A DNA stretch of 62,935 nt, counting the filler, from Octopus bimaculoides (Eukaryota): assembly GCF_001194135.2 (NCBI RefSeq). It is 6 parts of 5 records of this genome, joined end to end, with 100 filler letters (N's around TTAATTAATTAA, not from the genome) between each part and the next. Parts side by side here need not be neighbours in the genome. Positions count along the whole stretch, not along the records: positions 1 to 7,632 come from NC_068990.1; positions 7,733 to 22,880 come from NC_068996.1; 4 more parts are not named here. One strand, written 5' to 3'. Below are positions 1 to 10,879 of this stretch, piece after piece. Every line of letters begins with the position of its first letter. Positions within the stretch are counted from its first letter, which is position 1. A model generated the notes under the pieces. The model ran no database searches. It saw only the letters and a program-made list of their open reading frames with translations, and had not been told where the DNA came from. Both the position numbers and the translations under genes were made by a program.

Positions 1-47
<47 letters not shown>

Positions 48-190
48 TACATATATATACATACATACATACATACACAGACAAACACACAAACACACAG
101 ACACACAGACACACACGCGCACATTCCGTGCGAATGTTTTTTTTTTATTACGGCGCCGTGATTTACAATCTTGTAAATAATAATAAGAGT

Positions 191-352
191 ATTTTTATAT
201 AAGCTTGAAGATTATGGCGTACAAAAGGATGTGAGTTCGATTCCCACGCGGATAGGAAGGCCTTCTTTTTTCAGTCGAAGGCTTATATGTTAGACTATTT
301 TCCTTAGTCATTGCACGGTGATCGCCATAAGCTTTAAGCTTATATAAAAAAT
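191..352. mobile_element. Small hairpin/MITE-like element with ~29-bp terminal inverted repeats
   Basis: 191-219 ATTTTTATATAAGCTTGAAGATTATGGCG is the reverse complement of 323-352 except 2 substitutions and one extra A/T; the interior has a B-box-like GAGTTCGATTCCC. Confidence 0.6.
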
Positions 353-428
353 ACCATATATATCTACACGTGTGAGTAGAGAAATGAAGGAAGGGCACTC
401 AACACATTTATTGGGAGTTACATGTATG

Positions 429-570
429 GATCGAAAGAGTTTGATTCAAACTCCTTGGTACTCTTAGTTTCAAGTGTGTGCCTATTCTTCAGCTATTGGG
501 GTCTGAATGGCCTAAGACTAACCAACACTTCAAACTCAGAGTACCAAGATATCTGAATCAAACTGTTTGA

Positions 571-572
<2 letters not shown>
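429..572. mobile_element. Small hairpin/MITE-like element with ~48-bp inverted arms
   Basis: 429-477 pairs with 525-572 (AGTTTGATTCA..CTTGGTACTCT.AGTTT.AAGTGT core) around a ~47-bp loop. Confidence 0.6.
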
Positions 573-606
<34 letters not shown>

Positions 607-610
607 TCTC

Positions 611-654
<44 letters not shown>

Positions 655-659
655 TGGGA

Positions 660-990
660 GGAAGTAGGGACAAGTGATTAGGGTGCTGCACTCACGTTTG
701 TTAGATCGTGATTTCAATTCCTAGACCGGGCGGTGCATTGCGCATTTGTAATTTGTTGTTGTTCTTCAATGGAATCACATGTTCCACAACGAGGATCACT
801 ACATTTATGACGAGCTGCAGAAATACGAGCTTCACAAACGGGGCCCACACACACTCACCGTCCAGAAATCGTTGCAGGTGGCGTAATCTAAGCGCGTGTC
901 TGTGTATTAGGAGGCACGGTTTACCTAATCCGCCACTCAGAGGATGCTGGCAACAGACTGACCGCCTGACCGAAGAAGCTATAATAATCA
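660..990 (+). mobile_element. Degraded SINE-like repeat with tRNA-like head
   Basis: Degenerate A/B-box-like head (GATTTCAATTCCTAGACCGGGCG) resembling the copy at 46730. Confidence 0.35.
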
Positions 991-1176
991 GAATCATTAT
1001 CAACTTCATCATCATCTCCATTGTCATCTGTATTTTATTTTTCATCTTGAACACCCTCGTCGCATTCATCCTACATCCTGATCCTTCGAACTTATATTTA
1101 TATATATGTATGTGTACANNNNNNNNNNNNNNNNNNNNNNNNNNNNNNNNNNNNNNNNNNNNNNNNNNNNNNNNNN

Positions 1177-1214
1177 CCACTACCATCACCACTACCATCA
1201 CCACCACCACCACC

Positions 1215-1248
<34 letters not shown>

Positions 1249-1255
1249 CCACCAC

Positions 1256-1308
<53 letters not shown>

Positions 1309-1325
1309 ATACCATTACCACCGCC
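1177..1325. repeat. (CAC)n/(CAT)n trinucleotide array
   Basis: Visible directly; source of the poly-His/Met/Ile pseudo-ORFs. Confidence 0.95.
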
Positions 1326-1470
1326 ATCCTGACCATACCGCCCCTTTCCACCAACTTTGGATAACAACTGTTTATTACCATCCGCTATGATGTCTTACTG
1401 AATGTTTTAAGGTAAGTTTTACCTACCTAGGTGATATAATTGCGGCTTTGATGTAGTTATGTAAAACAAT

Positions 1471-1520
<50 letters not shown>

Positions 1521-1627
1521 AACAAAACTTGAAAGATTATGAAATGAAGTGGAAGAAGTTCAGAGACAGGAACACTTTTGACAACAAAATTCATTCATTT
1601 ACTTGATTTAACATACTATCTTAAATG

Positions 1628-2131
1628 TAGCGCTGTGAAATACTGTAGACCCAACCATCTCGATAGTTAACCATAGCGTCCACATCGAAAAACTTCACAT
1701 CAGATCAAACGAATAGGTTGTTGATGGTATGCTTTATTGCCTTCAACATTTTCTTTCCTCTCTCATGCCGTTTTTGCTTGAGGTCACTTTAGAGCAACTA
1801 ATGTTGAATAACGTGTGGTTTTTAACCCTAAATTCTTTTTCGCAATGCTTCTTAATGACCTGTCCAAAATATTCTACTTAATTGTCATCTTTCTCTTGCT
1901 TTTTTGAGTGTTCCTCTTCACCTTCTCATTGATAACTTCTATTATTCTCTTCGTATGAACTGAATGGCTTCTTCCTGAAATTGGATCGGTGAGTTTGCTC
2001 GCACCCCTCGAAACATTCCTCGCACATCAAAACAGTTTTTATGCAATCATTCAACATTTTATCACTTCTAAATTCCTCGTACCAGCCATTTTCAATGCTA
2101 CAATTTGTTCACATTTTGTTTGAGCCGCCAT
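1628..2131 (-). mobile_element. Decayed Tc1/mariner (maT-like) transposase, N-terminal half
   Basis: Minus strand gives MAAQTKCEQIVALKMAG..., SGRSHSVHTKRIIEVINEKVKRN and KQKRHERGKKMLKAIK..LFV*SDVKFFDV..VNYRDGWVY (WSDEKxF-type motif) with stops and frameshifts. Confidence 0.7.
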
Positions 2132-2334
2132 ATCTAATTAAGAACAAACAATAAAACAAAGGAACATTAGGAAGCCTTATGGAACATTTGCAGCCATTTT
2201 AGTGGATAAGAATGTTTCAATTCATGTTTGAAGAATGGGTAAACTATTATCTTCAAATAATGGGTAAATGCACACACTGCACCCAATATACACATTCATA
2301 CATGCACACGCACTCATAAATATAAAAAGTAAAC

Positions 2335-2700
2335 CTTCTTGCTTACCAACCACATGGTTCCCGGTTCACTTGGGCAAGTGTCTTCTACTATAGCCTCAGG
2401 GCGACCAAAGCCTTGTGAGTGGATATGGTAGATGGAAACTGAAAGAAGCCCGTTGTATATATATATGTATGTGTGTATATGTTTGTGTGTCTGTGTTTGT
2501 CCCCACCATTATCGCTTGACAACTGATGCTTGTGTGTTTACGTCCCAATAACTTAGCGGTTCGGTAAAAGATCCCCGATACAATAAGTACTAGGCTTACA
2601 AAGAATAAGCCCCGGGGTCGATCTGCTCGACTAAAAGTTCTGCCCCAGCAAGGCCGCAGTCAAATGACTGAAACAAGCAAACGAGTAAAAAAATAATAAA
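2335..2700 (+). mobile_element. Main-family tRNA-derived SINE, near full length
   Basis: TTGGGCAAGTGTCTTCTACTATAGCC, GGAAACTGAAAGAAGCCCG, a central TA/TG microsatellite and the CAGTCAAATGACTGAAAC tail, all shared with many other copies here. Confidence 0.85.
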
Positions 2701-2835
2701 ANNNNNNNNNNNNNNNNNNNNNNNNNNNNNNNNNNNNNNNNNNNNNNNNNNNNNNNNNNNNNNNNNNNNNNNNNNNNNNNNNNNNNNNNNNNNNNNNNNN
2801 NNNNNNNNNNNNNNNNNNNNNNNNNNNNNNNNNNN

Positions 2836-2874
<39 letters not shown>

Positions 2875-3327
2875 CATAAAATATATATACTAAATACACA
2901 CATATACCAACTGCATGCATACACACACGGGTGCACATATATTAATATTAGGCTTGCTACTCTCCTCTGTATCCATGTGTTTATCTCCTAGAGTTATCAT
3001 CTCTATTTCCAAGCCGATCATTACCAGACATCTCAGTTTCCAGTGTAAGACAGGTGATACAAACCCCTAAAACGGTTCATATTTCACATTGGTAACACTT
3101 AGAATTAAATTATGGAGAACCAGCAATGAATAAACTCCTATCCATAAGGGAGACTTCACAATATACAATGCAATTGCCTCACAATAATCTTTCCGATAAG
3201 ATAACTTCTTCCACACATCATTCCCTATAACCAGAAGCCAGCTTTATTTGTATAGCTTCAGGTGTTAAACAAGCCTTTCACAATGTAACACTTAGGAATG
3301 AGAACCCAGTGTTTACTTCTCTCACTG

Positions 3328-3378
<51 letters not shown>

Positions 3379-3756
3379 TTCTATTTGTCTCTCACTGTCT
3401 CTGTCTTTCTCTCCTTCTCTTTTTATTTCTCTGTCTCTATCATATTTTGTTGTTATTCAATGCTTTTCTCTATTTAGATCTCAATTCTCTCTCTCTCCTG
3501 AATTATTCTAATGCTGTTCACCTCTTTATATTGTATTTCGTATCTGTTACGTGGTTCTGTCGTTGGACTGCGGCCATACTGGGGCACGGCATTGGAGTGT
3601 TTTATTTTCTATTCAAATAAATTCATCCAAGTACTTATTCTTTTTATCGTTTCGTTCTTATTCTATCGATTTCTTTCACTGAACTGCTTAAGTTACGAGG
3701 ATGTGAACAAACCAACAGCAGTTGCCATATAGTAGTTAGGATACGAATGAAAAGAC

Positions 3757-4210
3757 GCACACACACACACACGTACGCATACATACAGACATACATACAT
3801 ACATGCATACATACATGCATTGTGTATACATACATACGTACGTACATACATATATATATACACACGTACATGCATACGTAAGAGCACACATGCATACATA
3901 TATACGTACATACATACAAGCATGCATACATATATACGTACATACATGTATGCATGCATATGTACATACAAGCATGCATGCATATATACGTACACGTACA
4001 TACATGTATGCATGCATATATACATACAAGCATGCATGCATACATACGTACATACATACATGCAAACAAGCATGCGTGCATATACACGTACATACATATA
4101 TGCATACATATATACGTACAACGTACACGCATGCATGCATACATACATACATACATATATACGTACATACATACAGATATACATACATACAAGCATGCAT
4201 GTATGTATGA
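3757..4210. repeat. Degenerate CATA/TACG/CATG compound microsatellite
   Basis: Visible directly; explains the six overlapping YMHTC-type ORFs. Confidence 0.9.
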
Positions 4211-4329
4211 AAATGAATAATTACATTGTAAATTCTACACCGCTGAAAACATATTAAGAGACTTAGATCAGAAATCTTGAAATTTTGAAAATTAAATGTG
4301 TCTATTTACTTCCTGCATGTCTGTGTATA

Positions 4330-4540
4330 AGCACTGGGTCACAAATCATCATATCTTGGATGCGTAGTTTCTTTCTTAGCATTGTGAATGATTGTGAAGA
4401 GACCGAACTTCAGCCAAAGATTTCTTCGGCGTCACAATCTTGAAACTTACAAATAATGCATCTGGGTCAATAAATGCTCTGTATAGTCTTCCGTACTTTC
4501 TGTATTGCCTTGTCTTCGATACCTACCAAAACTGAAAAAA
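4330..4540 (-). mobile_element. Highly decayed RTE-like reverse transcriptase fragment
   Basis: Minus frames give RLYRAFIDPDALFVSF and RRNLWLKFGLFTIIH, resembling the RTE RT LYxAFIDxxKAFDSV..LW..KFG region. Confidence 0.4.
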
Positions 4541-5029
4541 TAATACCGACTGTCAATTATCTTTGTTTTCTCATGCATATTAATTTTGCATAATTAATGT
4601 TTTTAATATTCCAAATATTAATTACGCCAACATTAACTTTTCTACTTGAATATCATGTTAAATCTCCATAAATCCTTAGTTACATTTAATAAATCACTGA
4701 GACTAAAATGTCATAACTAGGCACCCCAGTGCACCTCAAGAGACACCACGCTGTGACAGATTTTTAGAAATATTATTTAAGAATTTAGGAGAAAAAAAAC
4801 TATTACTAATTGACAGATGTCAAGAAAAATCATACTTATAACTTCGTTAAACACGTGTTTGAATTATTTAAACAGTGTAAGTAAATTTCTGAACATTTTA
4901 GAAAATATTTTATTTAAAAAAACTTATATGGTTTTCTCCAAATTATTATGTATAAAGAGCTGTTTGATTTCTGGGGCGTCAAAACGTGAAAAAAATTGGA
5001 GATGTTTGGATTAAACTATAATTCTTTCA

Positions 5030-5577
5030 ACCATTTGGCACGAGACGAGTATATTTCATGGGAAGGGGGGTTGATTGCATCGACACCACGACTTGATTGG
5101 TAGTTATTTTATCGATCTTGAAACGATGTAAGGCAAAGTTGACTTCGGTGGTATTTGAACTGTAAGCGTAATGCATCAGAATAGATGTTGATAAGCTTTA
5201 TTCTCTGTCCGATGCGCTAACAATTCTCCCAGCTCGCTTCCTTTGGTATAAGCTGTATTATTTCTACAATAGGCAAAAAAGCTTGAGATTTCTGAGGGTG
5301 AGAGCTCGTCGATTACTGCAAACGCTTAACTGGTACATAATTCGATCCAAATCGACCTCGAAAGAATTTGAACTCGGAAAGTAATGAGTCAGAAGAAATG
5401 TCCCTAAGCATATTCTTTTCTACTATAGGCACAAGGCCCGAAATTTTGGGGGAGGGGGCCAGTCGATTAGATCGACCCTAGTATGCAACTGGTACTTAAT
5501 TTATCGATCCAGAAAGGATGAAATGCAAAGTCGACCTCGGCGGAATTTGAACTCAGAACGTAAAGCCAGATGAAATA
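5030..5577 (-). mobile_element. Three tandem, increasingly decayed Nin/Deu-domain SINE copies
   Basis: Reverse complement of the CCGAGGTCGACTTTGCCTTTCATCCTTTC..GTCGATAAATTAAGTACCAG motif also at 22981-23395; this matches the Nin/Deu SINE core as I recall it. Confidence 0.7.
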
Positions 5578-5875
5578 CCTTATTTACATTATTTACATTA
5601 TTTACATTATTTACATTCGACAGATATTTGTCCTCATCTTGTTTGTTGTTAACACAACGTTGCGGCTGATATACCTTCCAGCCTTCTTCGGGTGTCTTGG
5701 GGAAATTTCGAACCTGGGTTCTCATTCCTAAGGCATTTTTCAATATTACTATTATCATTATTATTATTGTTATTAGTATTCAGGTCACTGCTTGGAATCG
5801 AACTCGGAATCTTGGGGTTAGTAGCCCACGCTCTTAACCACTACGCCATATGCCCGTGGGCATATGACGTAGTGG
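5578..5875 (-). mobile_element. tRNA-headed short element with internal minimal hammerhead-like motif and (AATGTAAAT)n tail
   Basis: A box TGGCGTAGTGG (5838-5848), B box GAGTTCGATTCC (5794-5805), (TAA)n, hammerhead fold 5651-5698, 9-mer tail about 5580-5617. Confidence 0.7.
5651..5698 (-). ncRNA. Degenerate minimal type I hammerhead ribozyme
   Basis: AAGACAC-CCGAAGA-A-GGCTG-gaaggtatat-CAGCC-GCAA-CG-TT-GTGTT: stems I and II pair; core has U4C and GAAA to GCAA changes. Confidence 0.6.
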
Positions 5876-6289
5876 ACACCAGGTTGGGCAACGTGCCTTC
5901 AGCAACCTAACACAGGATAAGATAACCTCTCTCCAGTCTCATGAACTTATAAACTTGCGTGAGTTCATGACCGCAGATCATCTTGTTAGGGTGAGTCTTG
6001 AGATCCTCCTTCAACACTCGATACATCAATGTTTGGCATATTTTTGCTGCCAGTTTTTTTAAGGAACGATGAGGATTTCAACGTGTCGTTTCATCGTTTT
6101 CATTAATTCTGAAAATACTGAAGAATATAGTAAAATATTAAGTTTTGATTTGAATCATAAATTAACCCGAGATTTTGATGAAGGACGTAATATATAAATC
6201 AGTTAAAAAAACAGGAAATTTCTGTTGTGGTGGCTAACGCGTAAATTAAGCTTGGACAGGAGACAGACAAGAACACGTTTTCGTTGTTC

Positions 6290-6598
6290 CAGCTACAACG
6301 GAGAGAAAGAAACAGAAGTTAGAAGAAAGAAAGCTAGCTGATGGTCACGTGGAAGCCACGTGAGAAAGGGAAGAGGAGTGAGGGAGAGAGAGAGTGACAG
6401 AGTAATAGAATATATAGATAGATTGCTAGCCACTACACATTCTTTATTTTCCCTCCTTGTTTCTTTCTGTGTTCCTCTCTGTGGAAGAGCGTAGGCTCGA
6501 AACGTTAAGGACTTTTTCACTTCCCGAGCGTTAAACTAACACATCTGTTTGTTGCCTACATTGCCTGTCTTCGTCTGTTGTTTTTCCCCTATATATAT
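6290..6598 (+). mobile_element. Penelope-like terminal repeat fragment with hammerhead-like motif
   Basis: 6471-6512 GTTCCTCT-CTGTGGA-A-GAGC-gtag-GCTC-GAAA-CG-TT-AAGGAC; surrounding boundaries approximate. Confidence 0.5.
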
Positions 6599-7356
6599 NN
6601 NNNNNNNNNNNNNNNNNNNNNNNNNNNNNNNNNNNNNNNNNNNNNNNNNNNNNNNNNNNNNNNNNNNNNNNNNNNNNNNNNNNNNNNNNNNNNNNNNNNN
6701 NNNNNNNNNNNNNNNNNNNNNNNNNNNNNNNNNNNNNNNNNNNNNNNNNNNNNNNNNNNNNNNNNNNNNNNNNNNNNNNNNNNNNNNNNNNNNNNNNNNN
6801 NNNNNNNNNNNNNNNNNNNNNNNNNNNNNNNNNNNNNNNNNNNNNNNNNNNNNNNNNNNNNNNNNNNNNNNNNNNNNNNNNNNNNNNNNNNNNNNNNNNN
6901 NNNNNNNNNNNNNNNNNNNNNNNNNNNNNNNNNNNNNNNNNNNNNNNNNNNNNNNNNNNNNNNNNNNNNNNNNNNNNNNNNNNNNNNNNNNNNNNNNNNN
7001 NNNNNNNNNNNNNNNNNNNNNNNNNNNNNNNNNNNNNNNNNNNNNNNNNNNNNNNNNNNNNNNNNNNNNNNNNNNNNNNNNNNNNNNNNNNNNNNNNNNN
7101 NNNNNNNNNNNNNNNNNNNNNNNNNNNNNNNNNNNNNNNNNNNNNNNNNNNNNNNNNNNNNNNNNNNNNNNNNNNNNNNNNNNNNNNNNNNNNNNNNNNN
7201 NNNNNNNNNNNNNNNNNNNNNNNNNNNNNNNNNNNNNNNNNNNNNNNNNNNNNNNNNNNNNNNNNNNNNNNNNNNNNNNNNNNNNNNNNNNNNNNNNNNN
7301 NNNNNNNNNNNNNNNNNNNNNNNNNNNNNNNNNNNNNNNNNNNNNNNNNNNNNNNN

Positions 7357-7412
<56 letters not shown>

Positions 7413-7600
7413 TGAGTGTGTGTGCATATAAGTGTGAGTATTTGAGCATGCCTTTGTGAGTGTGTATATATGCATATATGTATGTGTGTGTACATACATT
7501 AATGCTTACACACGCATATATATACACTCATAAATATATATATATATACATAGATATGTAAATATACATAAATACATGCACATATATATATATATATATG

Positions 7601-7632
<32 letters not shown>

Positions 7633-7676
7633 NNNNNNNNNNNNNNNNNNNNNNNNNNNNNNNNNNNNNNNNNNNN

Positions 7677-7688
7677 TTAATTAATTAA
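7677..7688. other. Artificial six-frame-stop linker in a 100-bp gap (also 22925-22936, 33522-33533, 49500-49511, 60898-60909)
   Basis: TTAATTAATTAA flanked by 44 N on each side (counted at 7677, 22925 and 33522). Confidence 0.9.
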
Positions 7689-7732
7689 NNNNNNNNNNNN
7701 NNNNNNNNNNNNNNNNNNNNNNNNNNNNNNNN

Positions 7733-7847
7733 AAAATTTTTGGGGCCCTTGACACTGCATGGACCTTAAGTAAGGCAAGTGTAAAATTTGAATGAAATTG
7801 ATTGGGTAGTTCTTGAGTTTTAGTGATGCACACATACATACATACAT

Positions 7848-7910
<63 letters not shown>
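7733..7910 (-). mobile_element. Non-autonomous Helitron-like fragment
   Basis: Reverse complement CTAAAACTCAAGAACTACCCAATCAATTTCATTCAAATTTTACA..GCCTTACTTAAGG matches 33250-33320. Confidence 0.55.
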
Positions 7911-7911
<1 letters not shown>

Positions 7912-7934
7912 TCTCAACCTTATATATATATAGA

Positions 7935-8100
7935 TACGACGGGCTTCTTTCAGTTTTCGTCTAGCAAATCCACTCAGAAGGCTTTGGTCGGCCCGAGGTT
8001 TAAAGTAGAATAAGCTTGTCCAAGGTGCCATGCAGTAGGACCGAATCCGGAACCGTGTGGTTGGGAAGCAAGCTTCTTACCACAGTTACGCCTGCGCCTA
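7935..8100 (-). mobile_element. Main-family SINE, 5' half
   Basis: GACGGGCTTCTTTCAGTTTTCGTC...CAAGGTGCCATGCAG...CTTCTTACCAC. Confidence 0.85.
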
Positions 8101-8878
8101 AAAACAATTAACGATTAAACGTTAGATTCGTAAAGGTTTGTGTACTGACCAGCACAGACGATATGCCGTCAAAGGAAGCTTTCGATTAGTTAAAATTATA
8201 TAATTTTAAATGTCTGTAACCACTTAATTTATATTTCTGGTGGAGAGTAAAAATGAATGCGATTTTTGTCATCACCATTTAAACTGTCAGAACTATATTA
8301 TTTTTTTTAACGTAATCTGGTGAAAATCTGAAAAATTTAAAGTGTTTGGAAGAAATTTAACAAGGTCTTGAAAGTCAGCTAATGAGAATTTCGTATATGA
8401 TGATTAGCCCAAGAAGAAGCTTTTAAGTAGGTCATTCGATTTACGCGACATAGCAGCCAAGTTTCCCTAAAATCATACCATGTCGTTATAGTGTGACAGA
8501 AAGGGTGAACGTGGCCCTGAGCTCCCTGCACATAAGTAAGCAGACGACATGGTCTTGGCTGGAATTTATTTGGCCATAAGACTGCTCGTTCAAGGTTGAT
8601 ATGGGGTTATGCAACAACAAAAGCAGAATGAACAACAACAACAACAACAACAACAAACTGTACATGAAGGATTTTAGTAATCATATTGACAGACAATAAA
8701 TGGCTGTTTTTGGCAGCAGAGGTAAACATACATTCCACAATAACCAGTGATCACTAATTTCGTTGATAGTTCTTCCAATTCTTTTGATCATTTAAACCAG
8801 TTGTTCTCAATTAGGGTCCATATAAGATTTTGTAGGGTTCACGCAAGCAAAATAGTAAAGAAGCGATCTACAGTAGTA

Positions 8879-8947
<69 letters not shown>

Positions 8948-9904
8948 NNNNNNNNNNNNNNNNNNNNNNNNNNNNNNNNNNNNNNNNNNNNNNNNNNNNN
9001 NNNNNNNNNNNNNNNNNNNNNNNNNNNNNNNNNNNNNNNNNNNNNNNNNNNNNNNNNNNNNNNNNNNNNNNNNNNNNNNNNNNNNNNNNNNNNNNNNNNN
9101 NNNNNNNNNNNNNNNNNNNNNNNNNNNNNNNNNNNNNNNNNNNNNNNNNNNNNNNNNNNNNNNNNNNNNNNNNNNNACCTATCTATCTATTAATTTTCCT
9201 TTAGATGTATTTATTGAACGTAGCAGCTTAATTTCTTTCTCTGATGTTTTACGTAGCTCAACCTACACAAATTAACGTGTGAAAAACAAAATTGGAATTT
9301 TGAAGGAATTATCTTTTAAACTAGTTTTTAAACACCAAATGGCTATAAGGTTTCACCAGAATAGAATAGTAATCAAAAAAGGCCTATAGGCAAAACATAA
9401 TTGAGAATCACAGATTTAAGCCATCGTAACTACAGCCATGTCGGATTATCAGTTGGAGCACTGCGGACTGTTTTGGTTCTTGTGCCAACGGCTGATTAAT
9501 CGACTTGCTAGAAATAGCAGCTAAATATGTCTCAAAATCACACCCTGAAGGGCATATCGGATTATGTAACTCTAGACCGACAGTGTATCTGTAAAACTAT
9601 TGCATGTTCAAGTCTAGAACACTTTTAATCAAATCACGATTGTGCAACAACATCAACAACAGCAGCAGCAACAACAACAACAGTAGCAACAGTAGTAGCA
9701 GCAGCAGCAGCGAAAACAGCAGGAACAATAACGGCTTTTAAATCTTGCCAATTGCTGCTTCTGTTGTATATTTTAAGCTCCATGCTTTTGTTGGACTCAG
9801 CATTACAATTCGATAGATCAGAGAGAGTAGCTGGAATTTAATCTACCTTTTCAATATAAAACTATAGGAATTTAATACTTGATCTAAGGTTCAAAATAGT
9901 TATA

Positions 9905-10270
9905 GGTGCAGAGGCAAGGCTGTATGCTTGAGAAGCTCGCTTTGCAATCCCACTGCGCTGCATTTTGGGCAAGTGTCTAGTTCTATGGCTCTGGGACGAG
10001 CAATGTTTTGCGAGTGAATTTTGTTTGGTGGAAACTGTGTGGAAGCTTGTTGCATGTGTATGGGTTATGTGTTTGTGTTTGTCACCTAACCCCGCTTGAC
10101 AACCATCGGTTTGTTCATCGCGCCGTAACTTAGCGGTTCGGTAAAAAGAACCCGATAAAATAAGTACTTGGGTAGATTTCTTCGAGAAAACTCTTCAAGG
10201 CATCGCTCCAGCGTGACCGCAGTCCTATGACAGAGACAAGTAAAATCAAAGAGTAAACGTAAGAAAGATA
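9905..10270 (+). mobile_element. Main-family SINE, diverged full-length copy
   Basis: TTTGGGCAAGTGTCT, GTAACTTAGCGGTTCGG and CTCCAGCGTGACCGCAGTC landmarks in order. Confidence 0.75.
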
Positions 10271-10879
10271 TAACTAGTTGGTTAACTAGACAGAGTGCAT
10301 AAAAAAAAATATATATATAGTTTAATTAATGACGAACCGTGAAAAGTATAAATATTAAGATATTCACTACGTTGATAGCATAATTAATTACTTGTTTACA
10401 GAGTAGTCTAATATTCTATGCTTTTGAAAGAGGACAGAAAGACGGTACGACTTCTCTGAGGAGTAGTTAACAAACCACAAAGCATGCCGTCGAGAAACTT
10501 CTTTCCTTTACACAGCTAGGCTTTTTAATACTTAGGTTTATTTCGTCTCTTCAGAGTCATGCTGCGTTGTGCATAATATACATTCATGCGCATATGTATG
10601 TGTTTTTATATACGTACATACATACGTTCATAAATAAACACAAACGCACGTGCACACACACAAGCATNNNNNNNNNNNNNNNNNNNNNNNNNNNNNNNNN
10701 NNNNNNNNNNNNNNNNNNNNNNNNNNNNNNNNNNNNNNNNNNNNNNNNNNNCAGGTTGCGGTAGGTAAATTCTCACCACTTTACATTTGTAATTTTGCGC
10801 ACGCGTTTTGCTTGTTTTTGATTTTATCGAATACACAGTATAGTAGGGTCAGTTGGGCACCGACTGTGAGGAAAAAAAA

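Noticed and set aside
701-1390. Poly-Met/His/Ile/Asp ORFs
   Set aside because: Translations of (CAC)n/(CAT)n plus an N gap
3644-4257. Six overlapping 90-180 aa ORFs
   Set aside because: Stop-free compound microsatellite in all frames; the same applies to 14391-15405, 43542-44067 and 50708-51233
4451-4531. RQGNTESTEDYTEHL resembling a retrotransposon gag QxxxESVxDY motif
   Set aside because: Too short, and the frame closes right after; overlapping frames fit RTE RT better
5783-5860. Possible tRNA gene (also 50520-50590 and 56336-56398)
   Set aside because: A/B boxes and an anticodon-like arm are present, but there is no acceptor-stem pairing; these are SINE heads
6531-7527. Long ORFs spanning N runs (also 11466-12239, 18564-19622, 20702-21999, 42403-43124, 46893-49179, 51996-52973, 55611-56572)
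   Set aside because: Length comes from unknown bases translated as X
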